In this document: in pieces, positions 7,372 through 9,829 of the stretch
Numbering within the stretch: the first letter of the stretch is position 1
How the letters are laid out: each line of letters opens with the position of its first letter
NCBI RefSeq assembly: GCF_006345805.1
Contig: NW_021827803.1
Span: 1-9,829 of the forward strand
DNA length: 9,829 bases
Reading direction: 5' to 3'
Origin: Octopus sinensis
Taxonomy: Eukaryota
Translations under genes and position numbers: made by a program
The notes under the pieces: model-generated
Told to the model about the DNA's origin: nothing
What the model saw: the letters and a program-made list of their open reading frames with translations, nothing else
Databases searched by the model: none

Positions 7372-7583
7372 ATTCTTATCTACTCTAGGCACAAGGCTCA
7401 AAATTATTCGGTTAGGGTGGGGTGACAGTCGATTGGATCGACCCCAGTACGCTACTGGTACTTATTTAATCGACCCCGACAGGATGAAAAGCAAAGTCGA
7501 CCTGGGCGGAATTTGAACTCAGAACTTACGCAAAGCATTTCGCTCGGCGTGGTAACGTTTTTACCAGCTTACCGCCTTTTCCA
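7372..7583 (-). mobile_element. tRNA-derived SINE of the same family, head-to-tail with 7151-7367
   Basis: Minus-strand head aaggcggtaagctggtaaaaacg; box B-like GAGTTCAAATT; central atcctgtcggggtcgattaaataagtaccagtagcgtactggggtcgat. Possible 9-bp TSD GCCTTATAT at 7363-7371 and 7584-7592. Confidence 0.85.
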
Positions 7584-7777
7584 GCCTTATATGTTGTATA
7601 ATAAACAATGAGTAGGTATCAAACGTCCAGTTATTACAGGAATCCAGAAACAAAAATACACTACTAGTTTTATGTAGTTCGGTACTTTAAAAGATTTTCA
7701 GCATTGTTTAATCGTTAATCTGTTCGTTGATATGCACCACTTGCTTGCGGTCTTACTTTTTGCTCATATTCTATATA

Positions 7778-8370
7778 GGGAACAACTTTACGGTGTTTCT
7801 ATATTTATAAGTTTTGAAGACGATTTATTACTATTAACATATAGAAAACATCTTATTTATTTTTTGGACCAGTTACCTCATTTCTACTGTTTTGGGTTCA
7901 AATTTATCTGCTGCATTAAGTTTTTTTGTTTTTCTGAGCCGGTATCATATTAAATAAATAATAATAAAAAAAAGAAAATAGAAAACTGTTTTATAATGTT
8001 GCATCTTAAATTCTAAAGAATTACTACTATTAACATCAAAATATAGTTTTTTACTCTTAGACCAGCTCACCTGTTCTGTTTTTGGTCTGAAATAATCTAC
8101 TGAGTTAGATTTTGATGGGACTTCCATCAAGTGTAGAGAACAACTATTTTGACTTGCTATATTCTTTAGGGAAGAATTACTATTATATATATACACACAC
8201 ATACAAAAAAATTATAATAAACCCACACCATTCGTTGATTGGTTACATTATCGTAACTGTTTTATGTTTGAAATTAGTTTTTGTTGGTAATTCTACCAAA
8301 ATCAAATACACAGAGCAACTACTTTATCCTGTCACTGTTTTGCATGCACGTAAGGATTTATTATCGGTTT
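7778..8370 (+). repeat. Highly diverged tandem repeat, 3-4 units of ~155-200 bp
   Basis: TACTATTAACAT at 7829-7840 and 8025-8036; GACCAG at 7867 and 8060; CTGTTTT(T)GG at 7887 and 8076; GA(A/G)CAACT starts at ~7779, 8138 and 8313; AAGAATTACTA at ~8016 and 8172. Confidence 0.55.
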
Positions 8371-8829
8371 CGAATACATTAGCACACGTCAGCAAATAAT
8401 TTGTTTGCTAGTCTCTATAAACAAGAACCGCCTCTCTTCTTAGAATCATTCATCTGGGAATAGTATCACTGAAGAAATACAACCAGGTCGAAATGCCGCG
8501 ACGTCTCAGAGTCCCCTTATGACAATGAATCCAGAGTGACGTGAATACACATAGGCTAAAGGAACAAGTTGTTCTTTGAAGATGAAATACACCAGCGATT
8601 AGTTTATTTACGTCCTAGTCTGCCAAAAGTATTAATGATGAAATAGATTCTGCATTGTTCTCCTTTATATTCTTTAGAAGAAGAATTTCTACAGTCAACA
8701 AAAAACAGTATTTCATTCTTGAAGCAGTTATCTTTGTCGCGTTGGTTATAAGATTACCAAGATTACCCGCTGCATTAGTTTTAGTTGATACAGCTATCAA
8801 GTATAGATAGCATCCCTTCTGTCTTGTTA

Positions 8830-9212
8830 TCTCTCTCTATATAAACGGCAGTTTGTCTGTCTGCGTGTCTGTGTGTCTGTTAGGTTGTACCCTCACCCTG
8901 ACCACGGCTTTCAACCGATTCTGATGAAACTTGACACACACATAGCGCAATGTCATAATTCAAAACTAACGCAGCATAAATTTTGAAAAGTTCCCCCTGT
9001 TCTGAAAAGAATCGATAAATTCGACATGGGGTCGAGAATCAGAAACACAAACCACAGACTGTCTAGGGGACGCAACTCGACCTTTTTAACTCTCAAAAAA
9101 AATTTACCATCATTTTTTACCCATTTTTTTGCTATTTTTTGGCTATAACTCTAAAAATGCTTATATAGTTATTTCCCTTACAAACCCGAGCAACGCCGGG
9201 CGATACTGCTAG
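8830..9212 (+). mobile_element. Complete non-autonomous Helitron (383 bp), Lep1/HINE-like architecture
   Basis: Inserted between A8829 and T9213 with no TSD. 5' TC start (TCTCTCTCTATATAAA); (CTGT)n-like tract near the 5' end; subterminal hairpin CCCG-A-GC-AAC-GC-CGGG 9185-9200; CTAG terminus 9209-9212. Confidence 0.85.
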
Positions 9213-9261
9213 TATCCTTTAAAAGAAAAATACATTGTTAAAAGAACGTTCTCGCACGACA

Positions 9262-9671
9262 TTTTTTTTTTACTTGTTTCAGTCATTTGACTGCGGCCAT
9301 GCTGGAGCACCGCCTTTAATCGAGCAAATCGACCCCGGGACTTATTCTTTTTGTAGGCCCAGTACTTATTCTATCGGTCTCTTTTGCTCAACCGCTAGGT
9401 GACGGGGACGTAAACACACCAGCATCGGTTGTCAAGCAATGCTAGGGGGACAAACACAGACACACAAACACACATACGCACACACATATATATATATACA
9501 TATATACGACGGGCTTCTTTCAGTTTCCGTCTACCAAATCCACTCACAAGGCTTTGGTCGGCCCGAGGCTATAGTAGAAAACACTTGCCCGAGGTGCCAT
9601 GCTGTGGGACTGAACCAAGGAACCATGTGGTTGGTAAGCAAGCTACTTACCACACAGCCCCTCCTGCGCCT
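9262..9671 (-). mobile_element. Full-length tRNA-derived SINE with internal (TA/TG) microsatellite and LINE-derived 3' tail
   Basis: Box A-like at 9650-9660 (GGGCTGTGTGG on minus); box B-like at 9606-9616 (GGTTCAGTCCC); internal microsatellite ~9445-9506; 3' tail 9272-9314 homologous to the LINE 3' end 1696-1738; A-tail 9262-9271. Confidence 0.9.
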
Positions 9672-9829
9672 ATATATACGTATTCATTTTATAAAAAGGA
9701 AGATTTAAATTGTATTGAATTATGATCTATTGCATATAAATTTCTTCGTGAATATTCTTGTGGTCATTACTATTTTGTGAGTGTGAATATGGAATTGCCG
9801 ATATGAACTTGCATGGCTTTATTAACTTT

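Noticed and set aside
7409-7425. G-rich GGTTAGGGTGGGG as G-quadruplex or telomeric repeat
   Set aside because: Single TTAGGG, too few G3 runs, and it is a variable part of the SINE 3' region.
8921-8932. CTGATGAAAC inside the plus Helitron as a hammerhead
   Set aside because: CTGATGA and GAAAC overlap with no room for stem II; it is part of the Helitron body.

Overview
AT-rich eukaryotic intergenic or intronic DNA with no recognisable intact host gene and no prokaryotic features. The repeat content (tRNA-derived SINEs with internal microsatellites, a CR1-group LINE, short Helitrons, long (TA)n tracts) resembles octopod cephalopod DNA; this taxonomic call is from recall of such repeats, not from a search. 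Supported elements: two 5'-truncated copies of one CR1/L2-group LINE (1007-1761 +, frameshifted RT C-terminus; 3803-3965 -), seven tRNA-headed SINE copies from about four families, two non-autonomous Helitrons that share a 3' module (5119-5496 -, 8830-9212 +), and many microsatellites, which account for most ORFs on the track. Unexplained structure worth checking: a ~105-nt fold-back at 312-416 whose 3' arm carries the full ordered hammerhead ribozyme core; a second decayed hammerhead-like motif next to one copy of a 32-bp direct repeat; base-pair covariation in a 3' hairpin shared by LINE and SINE; concentric inverted repeat pairs; and a decayed ~155-200-bp tandem repeat at 7778-8560 that may be a repeat-protein relic. 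I found no convincing new multi-gene system.
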